Assembly: GCF_964213995.1 (NCBI RefSeq)
Contig: NC_135804.1
Coordinates: 33,480,001-33,544,000 of the forward strand
DNA: 64,000 nt
Origin: Mustelus asterias
Taxonomy: Eukaryota
Reading direction: 5' to 3'
This document shows, piece after piece, positions 1 through 13,675 of the stretch. The position numbers and the translations under genes were made by a program. Under the pieces are notes generated by a model. The model saw only the letters and a list, made by a program, of their open reading frames with translations. It was not told where the DNA came from and ran no database searches. Within the stretch, counting starts at the first letter, position 1. The number at the start of each line of letters is the position of its first letter.

Positions 1-936
1 GAGTAAAAGGAAAGGCATCTGCTCATGAAAAAGAAACTTAAGCCTTTGGGGTGACTAGTCGAGGAGGGGCAAGTTCATCGCTGCTCACCAGGTCATAACA
101 GCAGTGAAAGGGACACATCAGCTATTGTCAAACAAGCTCAACTGAATAACCACCACCGCCAATAGTCCAACACTAAAGTCTATAGTCCCATCCATGACAC
201 ACTGGCATACAAGCAATGTCAGGGAGGCCCTGGAGATCCACCAACACCACATCAGCCCCCAAGACAGTAGCCTGTCAGTGATATCTGGCCACCTTTTATT
301 CAAGAAACACACCACAATCCATCTATAGAGTCAACCAATCAACAGTAAGAATACTAACGTATACTGACCAATTAGCAGCAAGAATGTTAACATGAACTAA
401 CCTATTACAAACATAACAGATCTTGATCTTCCATCGCTTTGGGAAAGCTCGCTGCAGCTCAATTCGACTATTTTGTTACTTACAGCACTGCTTTCTGTGT
501 GCTCTTTTCAAAGAATCTTTGCAGCAACTCTTGTTTTTACTTGAGTTCTATTTTTTAAAACTTAAAGCCACAGCGCTTGCTTCACAGGATTATTTTCTCT
601 TTACTTTTCTTTCTAAATTTTTGACTCTGCTAGCCAATTCAGGTTTGTTCTGCTTCTGTCCCTCAGCCTCTCCAATTCTCTGAACCTCTCAGACCATTTC
701 TTAGCCTTCAATGTAAGTGCAAATAGTTTTCTATATTTTGTCCATCTTTCTTGTGGGTTCTGACCTAAGGGACTTGCCGTGTTCCCTCTGTTGCTTACCC
801 ATCTTGTAAATGTCCATCTTTTCTGATCCTACATTACTCTGGGTCTAGCAATATCTCAAATGGGCCCAGAAAGTGGGATTCTGGAGAGTATTTTTTTCTT
901 TTTCTCAGACTTCCATTGAAACAGGATACTCACAGA

Positions 937-1722
937 TGTGATGTCAGTGTACCTTTAAGAAAGTTTTTTTAAATTAAAAACATAATTTCTGCAGCTCACA
1001 GCTTCAGTGATGTCATTATTGTTGCCGGGCTGACTATGATGAGTCCTTTTATTGCTGCTTCAATAACTTAAATGGGGGTTGTTTATGTTTATGTTTATTT
1101 TGGGATTAGTTTTACGATCCTGCATTGTTCGGAGAAAAGGTCATGTGGTTTTGGACAGTTTTTTTTTCCAGTGAGTTTAAGGTTTCAGTTGAGAGAGGTT
1201 TGAGCTTGCAGTTTAGTTTTTGGTTTTAGCAGGGGCAATCAAGCAAGAAAGAAGCTGAAGTCTCTCTCTCTCCATCTCCCTGTTCTATTTGGAAATTCTG
1301 CTGGTTATCTCAAGGCAACTCTCTGCCATCCGCAAGGAAAGTGCAGGCTTCAAAAAGACTCAATCCCAGTCAAGTGAGATTTTAACTTATGCCGTGCTAA
1401 ACTTGTGAAAAAGGTTTTGTCTATGAAAGGTTTTTGGTTTGTTGGAACAGTTCACATATTCAATTAAGGGTTAATACAATATTGTGGTTGTTTTCTTTCT
1501 ATTTTTTGTTTGTAATTGATAAAAGTTCTTGCTAATTTTCTTTCTATACATGTTAATTATATTCTTAAATCAACTTTGTTTGATAAAAGCTCCCTAGTGG
1601 GTTATTGAATCATATCTGAAGTGAAACATCTCATGCTTATCCTAGCCAAATTCAAGATGCAAAACTTATGATTCAGGCGATCTTCACAAAACATTTTGGA
1701 GTTTCTAACCTGACCCATAACA
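937..1722 (+). mobile_element. Solo LTR (Gypsy-type)
   Basis: Begins TGTGATG and ends ATAACA (TG...CA); flanks CAGA/CAGG look like a 4-bp TSD with 1 mismatch; both ends resemble the reverse complement of 10532-11375. Confidence 0.7.
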
Positions 1723-1733
1723 CAGGTTTTGGG

Positions 1734-4402
1734 CCAGAGGAAGGAGCTCTCTTAGTGTAGAGGTATTTTGGAATTAGCTACAAACCTGCAGCTCCTGTAG
1801 ATTACTTGTAAATAAATCCCTTTTTGTTCTATTAATGAAGTCCCCAAAAGTACATCATTACATCTGGTGATGAGGATAAATTATCCTAGCACTACCTTTG
1901 GCCTGACACCTGTGAATATCCTGTTTTAATCAAAGTCTGAGGAAAAGAGAAAAACATAACCAGAACGAGTCTCCTTGGGTCAATGTACCCATTTGACTCC
2001 TCCACGGAGGGCTGGAGACAATACCTCATGCACCTTGAGTATAATTTCCAAGCAAGCGAAGTAGGAGAGGAGGCTTCGGCTAAATGGAAAGCTTTGTAAG
2101 ATGGATGTGAACTCAGGGCATCAGCCACTGTGATGGGTGAGCATGTATTCCAGTATCTAAGAGAGAGAGTCCAACCATTGAACTTGGAGAGCACTTCTGC
2201 CAAGTTAAAGATTTATATGGGAGCAGCAATAGAAATAAAAGGCACCACAATACTGCCTGTAAGATTTGGACAACTGTCTACCCAACTTCCAGTGATAATA
2301 GTCATGGGTGAAGGACCAAGCCTCCTCAGCTGTGATTGGCTTTAACAAATCAAGTTGAATTGGGCTGAGAGTTTTCAAATGCGGGAAGGGGGACTGTCAG
2401 AACTATTACAAAAATACGACAACATCTTCTGTTATGAATCAAGCATAATTCAAAGGACTACAAGCAAGTTGATCCAGAGGTGACTCCCAAATTCTTTAGG
2501 GCAAGACCAACACCATATGCCTTACAAGAGAAAGTTGATACTGAGTTCAGCAGGTTAGAAGAACTAGGCATCATAACAAACAGTTCAGTTTTCAGAATGG
2601 GCAGCACCCATTGTCCCCGTATTGAAACCAGACAAGACCATCCTCATTTGCAGCAATTATAAGCTAACAGTTAATCAGGTTGTCAAGCTGGATAAATATC
2701 CAATCCTGAAAATTGTATGCAAAGCTGGCAAGAGGTTAATCTTACACAAATCTGGATATGCGTCACGTGTACCAGCATCTCAAATTAGATTATGCTTCCC
2801 GGGGTATGCCACAATAAACACACACAAAAGTCCATTCCAGTACATGTACCTGTTTTTTGGCATATCTTCAGCATGTGCAATATTTTAAAGGACAATGGAA
2901 AGTTTGCTACAGGAGCAATCAAGTATTGTAGTATACCTTGACAATGACCTTCTAATTGGACCGAAAGAGGCCCAGCATCTAGCTAATTTAGAGGAGTTGT
3001 TAAAGAGATTTCAGGAGGCTAGAGTTTGCATCAAGAAAGTGAAGTGCACCTTTCAAGGCACTGCGGTGACCTACCTAGTGCACTGTGTAGACGCACAAGG
3101 ATTACACCACATTGAAGACAAGGTCAAAGCGATAAAAGAGGTGTCTGGCTCCATAAACACAACTGAACTCGAATCGTTATTAGGGATGGTATATTACTAT
3201 GTTTACCAAACTTATCAATGGTACTGGCCTCTTGCGTATTCTGCTAAAGAAATACCATCATTGTCTTGGAAGGCTTTCATCAGAGTGAAGCAATTGCTGT
3301 TTATTAGTATACTTCGATCCATTTAAAGAACTGAGCTTGACCTGCGAAGTCTCTCCTTATGGTATTGGTGCGGTGTTGTCCCATGAAATGGACGACAGCT
3401 CTGAAAGGTCAATAGAGTATGTGATAAGAACCCTCTCAGAGGACAAAAAAGGCATCTCATAGATTGAGAAAAAAGGCCTTTGGTGTCAAGAAATTGCACC
3501 AGTACTTGCATGTTAGACACTTTACCATTGTTTCTGATCACAAACTGTTGTTGGGCCTTTTCAAAAAGGATAGGACCATCTCACTGATCACCTTGACAAG
3601 AATTTAATGATGGGCATTAATTCTGTCCCCCTACAAATCTACTTTCAAACGCTGACCTGAATACACATAACCTTTGCAGAAGTTCTTAGCCACCAACTCT
3701 TTTGAGAAAGTATCACGTATACTCCAGTATCACAAGAATTCATCATGGCATTAAATATTTAGACACATTGCCACATCTGTGAAGCAGATCAGGAATTGGA
3801 CCAATTGAGATCCACTTCTGTCCAAAGTGAGAGACAAAACGCTTACAGGATGGGTAAATGAGGCAGTTTCCGAGGAAACGAAACTTCTCTACTGGCAAAA
3901 AAGAACTGAGTTGGCTGGATGGCATCATACTCTGGTGAGCATGAGTAGTCATTCCAGTACCAGGCAGAGAGCTGCTCCTAACTGAATTACACAGTGCTCA
4001 TCCTGGCATCTCTAAGATGAAAATACTTGCCAGGAGTTATGTGTGGTGGCCTGGTATTGATGCTGATATCGAGAAGTTCGTCAAACACTGTCAACAGTGC
4101 CAAGTGTCTGCCACAGCCCCATTGTGCCCTTGGGGAATAACTTGGCCGGCCATGGGTATGAATCCATATGGGTTATGTTGGTCCACTCCTGAGCACATTG
4201 TGATTGATATACGCTCTAAATTGATGAACCACTTTGAGGTAAAGTCACCCACACCCCATGCTACCATCAAATCGCCCCAGAGGAAAAAGCTCTCTTAGTA
4301 TAGAAGTATTTTGGAATTAGCTGCAAACCTGCAGCTCCTGTAGATGACTTGTAAATAAATCCCTTCTGTTTACTGATGAAGTCTCTGAAAGTGCTTCATT
4401 AC
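1734..4402 (+). mobile_element. Degenerate, internally deleted Ty3/Gypsy LTR retrotransposon
   Basis: Direct repeats 1734-1862 and 4277-4402 (LTR remnants); TGGTGATGAGGA PBS-like sequence just after the 5' LTR; broken pol: protease (GEGPSLLSCDWL), RT (PKFFRARPTPYAL, VYLDNDLLIG), RNase H, integrase Zn finger (HPGISKMKILARSYVWWPGIDADIEKFVKHCQQC). Confidence 0.9.
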
Positions 4403-4529
4403 TGAACAATGCCATGGACTTTGAATCTAGCTCTGTATTCCATATTGTTCTACTTCCATTTGCAACTCCGCCAAACTCGTGACAATTGTAAACCTTTATC
4501 AATTATCACAGCCAAATCCTTTTCAGTTA

Positions 4530-4720
4530 ACAAGAACAAAGAACAAAGAACAATACAGCACAGCAACAGGCCCTTCGGCCCTCCAAGCCCGCGCCGCTCC
4601 CCGGTCCAGGATTGAATCCTGAATCCAGGATCCCCGCCCAATTTTCCAGCCTATCTACATACCAATATCCTATCCACCGAGCTGTCCCTCACAGCTACGA
4701 TGCTTTGTTCATCACAACCT
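4530..4720 (-). mobile_element. CR1-type 3' tail fragment or SINE tail
   Basis: Terminal (GAACAAA)n-like microsatellite and ACAGGCCCTTCGGCCC motif shared with other CR1 tails in the window. Confidence 0.6.
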
Positions 4721-4819
4721 AATTAAGGATTAAGGATAACTTTTTTTATTTTATAATTACATACAGAATTTGTCTCACTTATGTGTGTCCCTTTATATAT
4801 TCAGTGCTATTCACCATTG

Positions 4820-5335
4820 GAATCATAGAGTTACAGAGATTTACAGCATGGAAACAGGCCCTTAGGCCCAACTTGTCCATGCCGCTCCTTTCTTTAACCC
4901 CGAAGCTAGTCCCAAATGCCCGTGTTTGGCCCATATCCCTTTATACCCATCTTACCCATGTAACTGTCTAAATGCTTTTTAAAAGACAGAAGTGTACCCA
5001 CCTCTACGAATACCTCTGGCAGCTTGTTCCAGACATGCACCACTCTCTGTGTGAAAAAATTGCCCCTCTGTATCCATTTGTATCTCTCCCTTCTCACCTT
5101 AAACCTATGCCCTCTAGTTTTAGACTCCCCTACCTAGATATTGACTATCTAGCTGATATATGCCCCTCATTATTTTATAGACTTCTATAAGATCACCCTT
5201 AAGTCTCCTTCGCTCCAGAGAAAAAAGTCCCAGTCTACCCAGCCTCTCCTTATGACTCAAACCATCAAGTCCCGGTAGCATCCTAGTAAATCTTTTCTGC
5301 ACTCTTTTTACATTCATCTGCATAGCTGCCAAGTA
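4820..5335 (-). mobile_element. CR1 LINE 3' fragment
   Basis: ORF remnants VQKRFTRMLPGL...LGLFSLERRRLKGDLIEVYKIM and FFTQRVVHVWNKLP, plus 3' UTR. Confidence 0.9.
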
Positions 5336-7029
5336 CAGATTTCTGAATAACGTGGAATGTTTTCCTCCATTGCTCTAACATTAGCAAACAATATGACATC
5401 GGTGTAAGGTAGGTTCTGTTGACCCTGACTTTGTAATTAAATCTTACATTCCCACAATATTCTGTGTATTTCATAAATGAAGCCGTTCTCCATACAACAT
5501 TCTCAGATAGCATTATTCATAAATAAATTATCAATGAACAGTGGAGATTGCAGTAGTTACCCATGGAAGAAAACCTGGTCACCAGTTGTCATTGATACCT
5601 ACACTAAGTTATTTACTATTTAACCAGTTTTTGTGATTGTTATTATTCAATTTAGAATGAATTCACCGATTATCTGAGCTTTACTTTCAGTCGTCAACCT
5701 GTCAAAGTATTAACTGCGTTGCTTTCATTTGCTAATCCTGTTACAGCTTTACTGAATTCCAATGCATTATAGTAAGGTTTGGTCCGCCTTTGATGAATCT
5801 ACATTGGTTTAGATTTATGGGAACAGATTTTTCTGGAGCAGGACATCTCTTTGCATATCCCTATTTTTTTGTTGAGATTTTGAAAATTTCAGCCCAAAAG
5901 GTTGCTGAAAGTGTGGGCAGATAATAACACAGAGAGTATCCGATACCGTGGTGGAAAATGAGACAAATGGCATCTCCTTAACCAATGAGATTTAAATATC
6001 AAGATATAAACAGCAGAAGGGCTGCAAAGAGGTTGAGTGGGGTGGGTGCATTCAATGTCAAATCAGATACAGAAGGGGCAAAAGATTGGATTAAAAGGGG
6101 GAATAAACAAAGGGACAAAATGAAAGAGGAAAGTTTAATCCAAAATTTGACATTTTTAAAATTCCCTTAAAAATAATCACAAGATGAAGGATTGAGAATC
6201 GATGCTTTCAATTATGCACTTCCTGGGCTAGAAAGGTTGATTCGCAATCATTAATAATCCTCAACCTAACCACTAATGCAAATTGTCTAGCAATTTATTG
6301 TATTGCTGTATATGGGACCATGCAATATGCAAATTGGCTACCACAATTTGTACATTAGAATAGTGCCTATACTTCATTGGCTGTAAAGAGCTTTGGGATA
6401 TCTTAAGGTCATGAAAGTCCTGATGCAAATGAAAGTCTTTGTTCTTTTTACTCTTTTCCTGATGTTACGCAAGACTTAAATCCCTTTAATTAAAGCATGG
6501 CTACACTCTGTGTTAAATTGAGCTCAACCCCAGTGATCTCTTCCTGAAATCTTCTTGGTCAGTGTGGTTCAGTTACTCACTGCATCAACCTACTGGGAGA
6601 ATCAATGTGGAATTTGCTCAAAGCAAAAAACAAAATGGTTCCAGATGTTCTTTACACTTGCATATGTCCACAGACCTTCAATGGGAATTTACACATTAAT
6701 GTATTGAAATTAATTGTAGCCAGTGTATCACTTCAAATGACTCCAAATACTTCTCCCATTCTGTTACCTCTGGTGACCCCCAAGATCTATCTTTTGCCCT
6801 TTCCTACTTCTCAACTATAAGCATTCTCTCAATAACAATATTTAAAAACACAGCATTAGTTTTTACATGTACACAGATGGCACTTAGCTCTACCTCACCA
6901 CCACTACTTCTAACTTTGTGACTGCTAAATGATCAGATTGCTTATCTGATAGACACGACTGAATGAGCAAAAATTTCTTCCAATTAAATATTGGAGGAAA
7001 AATGTGAAACACCAAAATCATTAGGATTT

Positions 7030-8365
7030 CTGCAGAATCGAGAAGAATGTTGCTCACCACTTGTCAACACAAGCTTGGATATTATCCAGGTCTTGCTGCA
7101 TTTGGGCATGGACTGTTTCAATACTTGAGGAGTCGTCAATGGTGCTGAACACTGTGCATTCATCAGTAAACATCCACATTGCTGATCTTATGATGGAAGA
7201 TGTCCTTGAGCTGATGTGACTGACCTTCAACCACCATAACCATCTTCCTATGTGCCAGATATGACTCCAACCAGTGGAGGGATTTCCCCTTGATTCTCAT
7301 TGACTCCAGTTTTGCTCGGGCTCCTTGATATCATAGTCAGTCAGATGTTGCCTTGATGCCAAGGCGCTGGCAGTCTCAGTTCACCTCTGGAGTTCAGCTC
7401 CTTTATCCATGTTTGAACCAAGGCCATAATAGAACATAGAACATAGAAAAACTACAGCACAAACAGGCCCTTCGGCCCACAAGTTGTGCCGAACACATCC
7501 CTACCTTCTAGACCTACCTATAACCCTCCATCCTATTAAGCTCCATGTACTCATCCAGGAGTCTCTTAAAAGATCCTATTGAGTTCGCCTCTACCACCAC
7601 TGACGGCAGCCGATTCCACTCGCCCACCACCCCTAACATCTCCCCTGTACCTACCCCCCCAGCACCTTAAACCTGTGTCCTCTCGTAGCAGACATTTCCA
7701 CCATGGGAAAAAGCCTCTGAGAGTCAACCCGATCTATGCCTCTCAACATCTTATACACCTCTATTAGGTCTCCTCTCATCCTTCGTCTCTCCAAGGAGAA
7801 AAGACCGAGCTCCCTCAGCCTATCCTCATAAGGCATGCCACTCAATCCAGGCAACATTCTTGTAAATCTCCTCTGCACCCTTTCAATCTTTTCCACATCC
7901 TTCCTATAGTGAGGCGACCAGAACTGAGCACAGTACTCCAAGTGGGGTCTGACGAGGGTCTTATATAGCTGCATCATTATCCCCGGACTCCTAAACTCAA
8001 TCCCTCGATTGATAAAGGCCAGCACACCATACGCCTTCTTAACCACCTCCTCCACCTGCAGGGCCGATTTTAGAGGTTTAGAGATAATGAGGTCAGGAGC
8101 TGACTGACACTGGTAAGACCCAAACTGAGCATCAGTGAGCAGATTATTGCTGAATAAGTGCCACTGGATGGCACTGTTGATGACCCCTTCAGTCACTTTA
8201 CTGACGATTGGGAATAGACTGATTGGGCGCTAATTGGCCGGTTTGGATTTGTCCTGTTTCTTCTGTACAGGGCGTATCTGGGCAATTTTTCACATTGTTG
8301 GGGAGATGACAGTATTGTAGCTGTATTGGAACAGATTGGCCAGGGACACGGCAAGTTCTCCTTAC
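7030..8365 (-). mobile_element. L2/CR1-group LINE, RT part (interrupted by a younger CR1 at 7431-8083)
   Basis: Minus-strand translation resembles ELAVSLANLFQYSYN...K.A...PV.KK...P.N.RPISL, LLTDAQFG and LDNIQA..DKW. Confidence 0.8.
7431..8083 (-). mobile_element. Young 5'-truncated CR1 LINE insertion
   Basis: Intact frame LYKTLVRPHLEYCAQFWSPHYRKDVEKIERVQRRFTRMLPGL; (TTCTATG)n tail; TSD ATAAT (7426-7430, 8084-8088); near-identical to 15684-16575. Confidence 0.92.
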
Positions 8366-9705
8366 TAACATCTGCGGACTTGTGCCAAAATTGGGAGAGT
8401 TGTCTCAAACTAGTCAAGCAATAGCCTGACATAGTCATACTCACGGAATCATACTTTACAGATAATGTCCCTGACACCATGATAACTATTCCTGGATATG
8501 TCCTACCCCACTGCAGTACAGACCTAGTAGAGGTGGTGGCACACTGGTGTACAGTTGGGAGGAAGTTGCCCTGAGAATCCTGAACATTAACTGTGGACCA
8601 CATGAAGTTTCATAGCACCATGTGTAACATAGGCAAGGAAGCCCCCTACTGTGCCATCCCTCCTCCGCTAATGAATAAGTAGCCCTCCATATTGAACACC
8701 AATATGGGGCATTGGTGCCATAGGGGGAAGGACGCAGGGTGTACTGTTATGGAGAGATACATCTGTGGCAGGGGACTTAATTGTCTATCACCAAGAGTGA
8801 CTGGGTAGTACCAGCACAGACCAAGCTGGCCTGGTCCTAAAGGACATAACTGCTAGACTGGGTCTGTGGCAAGTCGGGAGGGGGGGTGGGGAGGGGGGGG
8901 GGGGTGGGGGTGGTGGCAAGTTTGGGGGTGGAGGGTGGGGGCGTAACCAACAAGAGGGAAAAACATACTTAACCCCATCCTCACCAATCAACCTGCCACA
9001 GATGTATCTATCCATAACAGTATCAACAGGATTGACCATGCACAATCCTTGAGGAGACAAAGTCCCACCTTCACATTGAGGATACCCTCCATCATGTTGT
9101 GTGGATAGACTTTGAATAGAACTAGCAAATCAAGACTGGGCCTCCACGAGGGGCTGTGGGTAATCAGCAGCAGCAGAATTCTTTCAACCATAATCTGTAA
9201 CCTCATGGCCCTGCATATCCCCCACTCCAGCATTATAACCAAGCCAAGGGATCACCCTTGGTTCAATGAAGAGTGCAGGAGGGAGGGCAAGCCAGGAGCA
9301 TCACCAGACATACCTAAAAATGAGCTGTCAACCCTGATGAAGCTACAATACAAGACCACCTGCATGCCAAGCAGCATAAGCAGCAAGTAATAAAGCTAAG
9401 CGATTCTACAAACAATGGATCAGATCTAAGCTCTGCACTCCTGCCACATTCAGCCATGAATGGTGGTGGACAATTAAAACAACTCCCTGAGGAGGAGAAT
9501 CCACAAATATCCCCATCTTCAATGATGAGGGAGCCCAGTGCATCAGTGCAAAAAATAAGGCTGAAGCATTTGTGCCAATCTTCAGCCAGAATTGCCGAGT
9601 GGATTATCCATCCTCCTATGGAGATCCCCAGAATCACAGATGTCAGTCTTCATCCAATTTGATTTACTCCATGTGATATCAAGAAATGGCCGAAGGTACT
9701 AGATA
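8366..9705 (+). mobile_element. L2/CR1-group LINE, endonuclease-to-linker part (inverted relative to 7030-8365)
   Basis: APE endonuclease remnants (PDIVILTESYFTDNVPDTMITIPGY, GDL..YHQE) and PWFNEECRR linker. Confidence 0.8.
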
Positions 9706-12010
9706 CACCTTTGTAAGGTCCATATACGCAGCTTCGATTGCACTGCCTCATCCACTCTCTCTGTTACCTCATCAAAATCTCAATCAAATTAGTCAAACAC
9801 AATTTGCCCATTAAAAAAATGGGCTAGCTCTCCTTTATTAGTCTACTCTTACCTCAGTGGCAATTAATTTTCTTCCAGATTATTGTTTATTCAGCCAAAT
9901 TATTGATTGTTATTTCTAAAGCATTCCACACCACTGATGGTTAACTGGGTTTGTAATTCCCCAGTTTAACCTTCTTCCAATTTTTGACCCAAGGTGCATT
10001 CCTCGAGTCCTCTGGAACCTCCCTTGTATCTATGGAGGATTTGAAGATTGTGGAGAGCACCTTTGCAATTTCTACCCTGCTTCCTTCGGTAACCTAGGTG
10101 AATTATCCAATTTAAACACTGTCAGCCTTTCCAGTACCTCCTATTTTATCTTTTGTTTTCTCATCACATATCTTGGATTTCTATACTTTTGGCAAGTCCT
10201 GCTCCTTAGCAATCACTGCTGCAAAGTATTCATTCAGTCCCTCAGCCTGCCTTCTGCCCCCATCAATAGATTTACATTTTGGGTCATAATCAGTCTCACC
10301 ATGACCTTTTTCTGTTAATATATCAATAGAAGACCTTTAAATTTCCTGATAGAAGACCTTTAACTTTCCTTTTATGATAGTTGCCAATATATTATTGTCC
10401 TATCTCTGTTCTCTTATTTCGTTTTTTACTTCTTTTCTGTGTATCTTTTTATATTCAGCCTGATTCTCTCAAGCTGAAACCTGTCACGCATCACCTTTCT
10501 CAGCTTCATCCTACTCACTTTATTTTTATACAATTAAGGCCGAGGCCGGAAACTCCAAGGTGTTTTGTGAAGTTAGCCCAGACCCTAACTTTTACATTTG
10601 AATTTGGCATTGGTGAGCATAAGGTGTTTCACTCCAGGTATGATTCAAGTGACCCACTAGGAAGCTTTTATAAAAACAAAGTTTATTTAAGGACACAGTT
10701 TGAATATAACAAAAAAAAGCATAACTTTTACCGGTTACAAAACTTAAACATGGCACAGTATAATTCTTAACAGCTAGCTATCTCTGTTCCAATTTAAAAT
10801 CAATACCTCATAGATATACACCCTTCTTCAGAATTAGTTAGCACAAAAACAAGTATGTTCATGTGATACTAGATTCCGAGCTTATAACACCTATGGACAG
10901 AAATCCAAACAGCAGTTTTCAGAGAAGGATATATCCTCAAGACAGCAAAACTGAGAAGTAAACCTAATCTCTAGCTGCTTCCAGTCTTCAGACTTCAGAG
11001 AGATGAAAGGATACCTCTCTTTCTGCAGCTTCCAAAACAGCAACACTCAAGACAGCAGGATCTCCAACTTCAGAGAGGGGCAAAAGAGACACTGCTCTCT
11101 CTCTCTCAACTCCAAACACCATCTGAAAACAACGAAGCTGGAACTCTCTGTGAAAACCTAGCTGTCCCCAGTCATATGTCAATCATCCCCATTAAACTCT
11201 ATTCTGCAACCCAGAGGAACACTAAAACAACAGGGTATCAATTATACTGCTTCAGTAACAATAGAGGACACTGGCTGCAGACAAAACGACTCCAATAAAA
11301 TGCCAGGGACTGCTCGAAACATCCTACAGAGAAACATGATTAAAATACATTTCTTAAAGGCACAGTATCATCACAATGCAAAGAGCTCTAGCTTGAGTGC
11401 CAACATTGTTGCCCTGGTGGGAAAGCATCTACACCGTACACAAACCATCTTCAATTTTACTTGTGCCAAATCCTTCTTCAATTTGCTGAAATTAGCTTTC
11501 TTCCAGTTACGTATTTTTATTCTAGATTGTTATTTGACCTTCCTTTTGACTAATGTAAACATTATGATACAATGCTAACTAATTCAGAGCAATGTTCTCT
11601 TTATGAATGTAATTGTGTGGCAGTCAGCTTTTTCAGCACATGGTCACGTGCACACGTGGTATTTATTCGGAAGCAATTCATGTGCGGTACCTTCCAGGTT
11701 ATTATGGAATACTGAGAATTGGTGGGAATATTGCTCCAGAGACTCTCCCTGACTATAATGTTCTCTATTTGGTCCACTGAGGACTAGGTCCAATAAAGTC
11801 TGCTTCCTCCTTGGGTAGAAGGCATACTGATGAAGAAAATCTTCCTGAACATACTTCAGAATTCCTCCCCTTCTCTGCTCTAACACAATCTCTGTCATAT
11901 GCAATATTGGAGTATATCAAGTTGCCCATTATCACTACTCTATAATCCTTGCACCTCTCAGTAATTTGTTTGCAAATTTGTTCTTCTTTCTCCTTCCCAC
12001 TACATGGTGG
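9706..12010 (-). mobile_element. Old degenerate CR1 LINE fragments (split by a solo LTR)
   Basis: Remnants such as VQEDFLHQYAFYPRRKQTLLDLVL (endonuclease) and NEYFAAVI. Confidence 0.6.
10532..11375 (-). mobile_element. Solo LTR related to 937-1722
   Basis: Reverse-complement start TGTGATGATACTGTGCCTTTAAGAAA resembles TGTGATGTCAGTGTACCTTTAAGAAA; shared GAAACTCCAA..TGTTTTGTGAAG end; flanks ATAC/ATGC. Confidence 0.7.
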
Positions 12011-12074
12011 AAAGTAGTGTAATAACTCCTTTATTAGAAATTATATATTAATCTCAAATAATAATGGCAATCAC

Positions 12075-12403
12075 AAAACTACAGAATCACACATTGCAGA
12101 AGAGGCCCCTCGGCCCATTAATCTGCACCGACATGTGAGGAACACCTAACCTACCTAACTAATCCCATTTACCAGCACTTGGCCCATAGCCTTGAATGTT
12201 GTGACATACCAAGTGCTCATCCAGGTCCATTTTAAGGGATGTGAGACAACTGGCCTCTACCACTGTCCCAGTCAGACCATCACACCCTCTGGGTAAAAAA
12301 GTATTTCCTCACATCCCCCCTAAACCTCCTGCCCCTCACCTTGAACATGTGTCCCCTCGTGACTGACTCTTCAACTAAGGGGGACAGCTGCTCCCTATCC
12401 ATC
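12075..12403 (-). mobile_element. CR1 3' end fragment
   Basis: GGCCCCTCGGCCCA tail motif and FFTQRV-like region. Confidence 0.7.
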
Positions 12404-12510
12404 ATGTGGAGATGTCGGCATTGGACCGGGGTAAGCACAGTAAGAAGTCTCACAACACCAGGTTAAAGTCCCACAGGTACTTTAACCTAGTGTTGTGAGA
12501 CTTCTTACTG
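12404..12510. mobile_element. Penelope-like pLTR fragment with inverted end
   Basis: 12-bp TSD TCCCTATCCATC; ~33-bp inverted repeat ACAGTAAGAAGTCTCACAACACCAGGTTAAAGT; homologous to 21140-21205 and 38355-38423. Confidence 0.8.
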
Positions 12511-13089
12511 TCCCTATCCATCTATCCAGTCCAATGGAAAAATGCCTCCATATTTGTGACAGTTAATTTTCAGTATCAGAGAGATTATTTGGCAGTTAAG
12601 ATTGAATATGCTACTTAAAAATTTACCTAAACTGGAATAAATAAGCCATAACTTTCTCTGGTGAGTTTTGTGAGTATTGATCATGCAAGCATCACAACTT
12701 CTCGTTCATATGTTGCAATGCCGAGCCTCTTTGCAAAGTTGTAGTGAATTTTGTGAAGGAGCAAGACAAGCCAGAAAGTAACTTTCTGATTTCCACCTCT
12801 CGTTACACATGTACGGTTTTTCGGACTTGCTGCCCGATTCATACCTCAATAAATTTGAATGTTGATAATCTCACCATTATTTCCACAGCAAAATCTCACT
12901 TCACGTAATTGACTTCTTTAATGGCTTATTAACCTTATCTATTGATTAACTGAGCCAATATAACTGCATGTAATTGATGCGAGTTCACAGTGAAAGATTA
13001 TCCTTCACTAGGTAATGAAGGGTTTTTTTTTGCACAAGGAGATGTGGAAAGTGAAGTGTAGATAATAACATTAACTGATGTGGCAACTG

Positions 13090-13675
13090 AAGAAATAACG
13101 GACCAACCACATAAATACTGTGGCTACAAGGGTAAGGTTAAAGGGTGGCAATTCTGTGGTGAGTGACTCACTCTTGACTCCTGGAAGCTTTCCCACCATC
13201 TACATGACACAAGTCAGAACTATGGTGAAATTACTCTCCCATTTGCCTGGATGATTGCAGTTTCAACTTGATGCTCAAGAAATGTAATACCATCCAGTAA
13301 AAGCAGCCTGCTTTATTAGTCACCATCCACCAGCTTAAACGTTTATTTCCTCAACTAATAATGCACAGTGGCAGCGGTGTATAAGACCTACTAGATGCAT
13401 TGTTACAGCTTAGAGCAGCATATTGCAAACCTATGGCCACTACTGCTGAGCAGGACAAGAGCAGCAGGTGCATGTGTACAACCCCATCTGCAAGTTCCCC
13501 TCCAAGTCACTCACTTGACTGGGAAATAAAATTCCTTCATCATTACTGGGTAAAAATTCTGAAATTCTCTCCCCAAAAAGGTGGCTAACAATTAAGTTCT
13601 TATGGGCAAATAGGGATACGCAATAAATACAAGCCTTACCAGTAACATCCACATCCCAAGAATGATTTTTTTTTA
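13090..13675 (+). mobile_element. L2/CR1-group LINE 3' end
   Basis: Degenerate RT C-terminus (TIY..QVR..V.Y.P.AW) and CAATAAAT...CACATCCCAAGAATGA tail. Confidence 0.7.

Noticed and set aside
440-830. Possible L1-type ORF1 coiled-coil remnant on the minus strand
   Set aside because: Too degenerate, with no diagnostic motif
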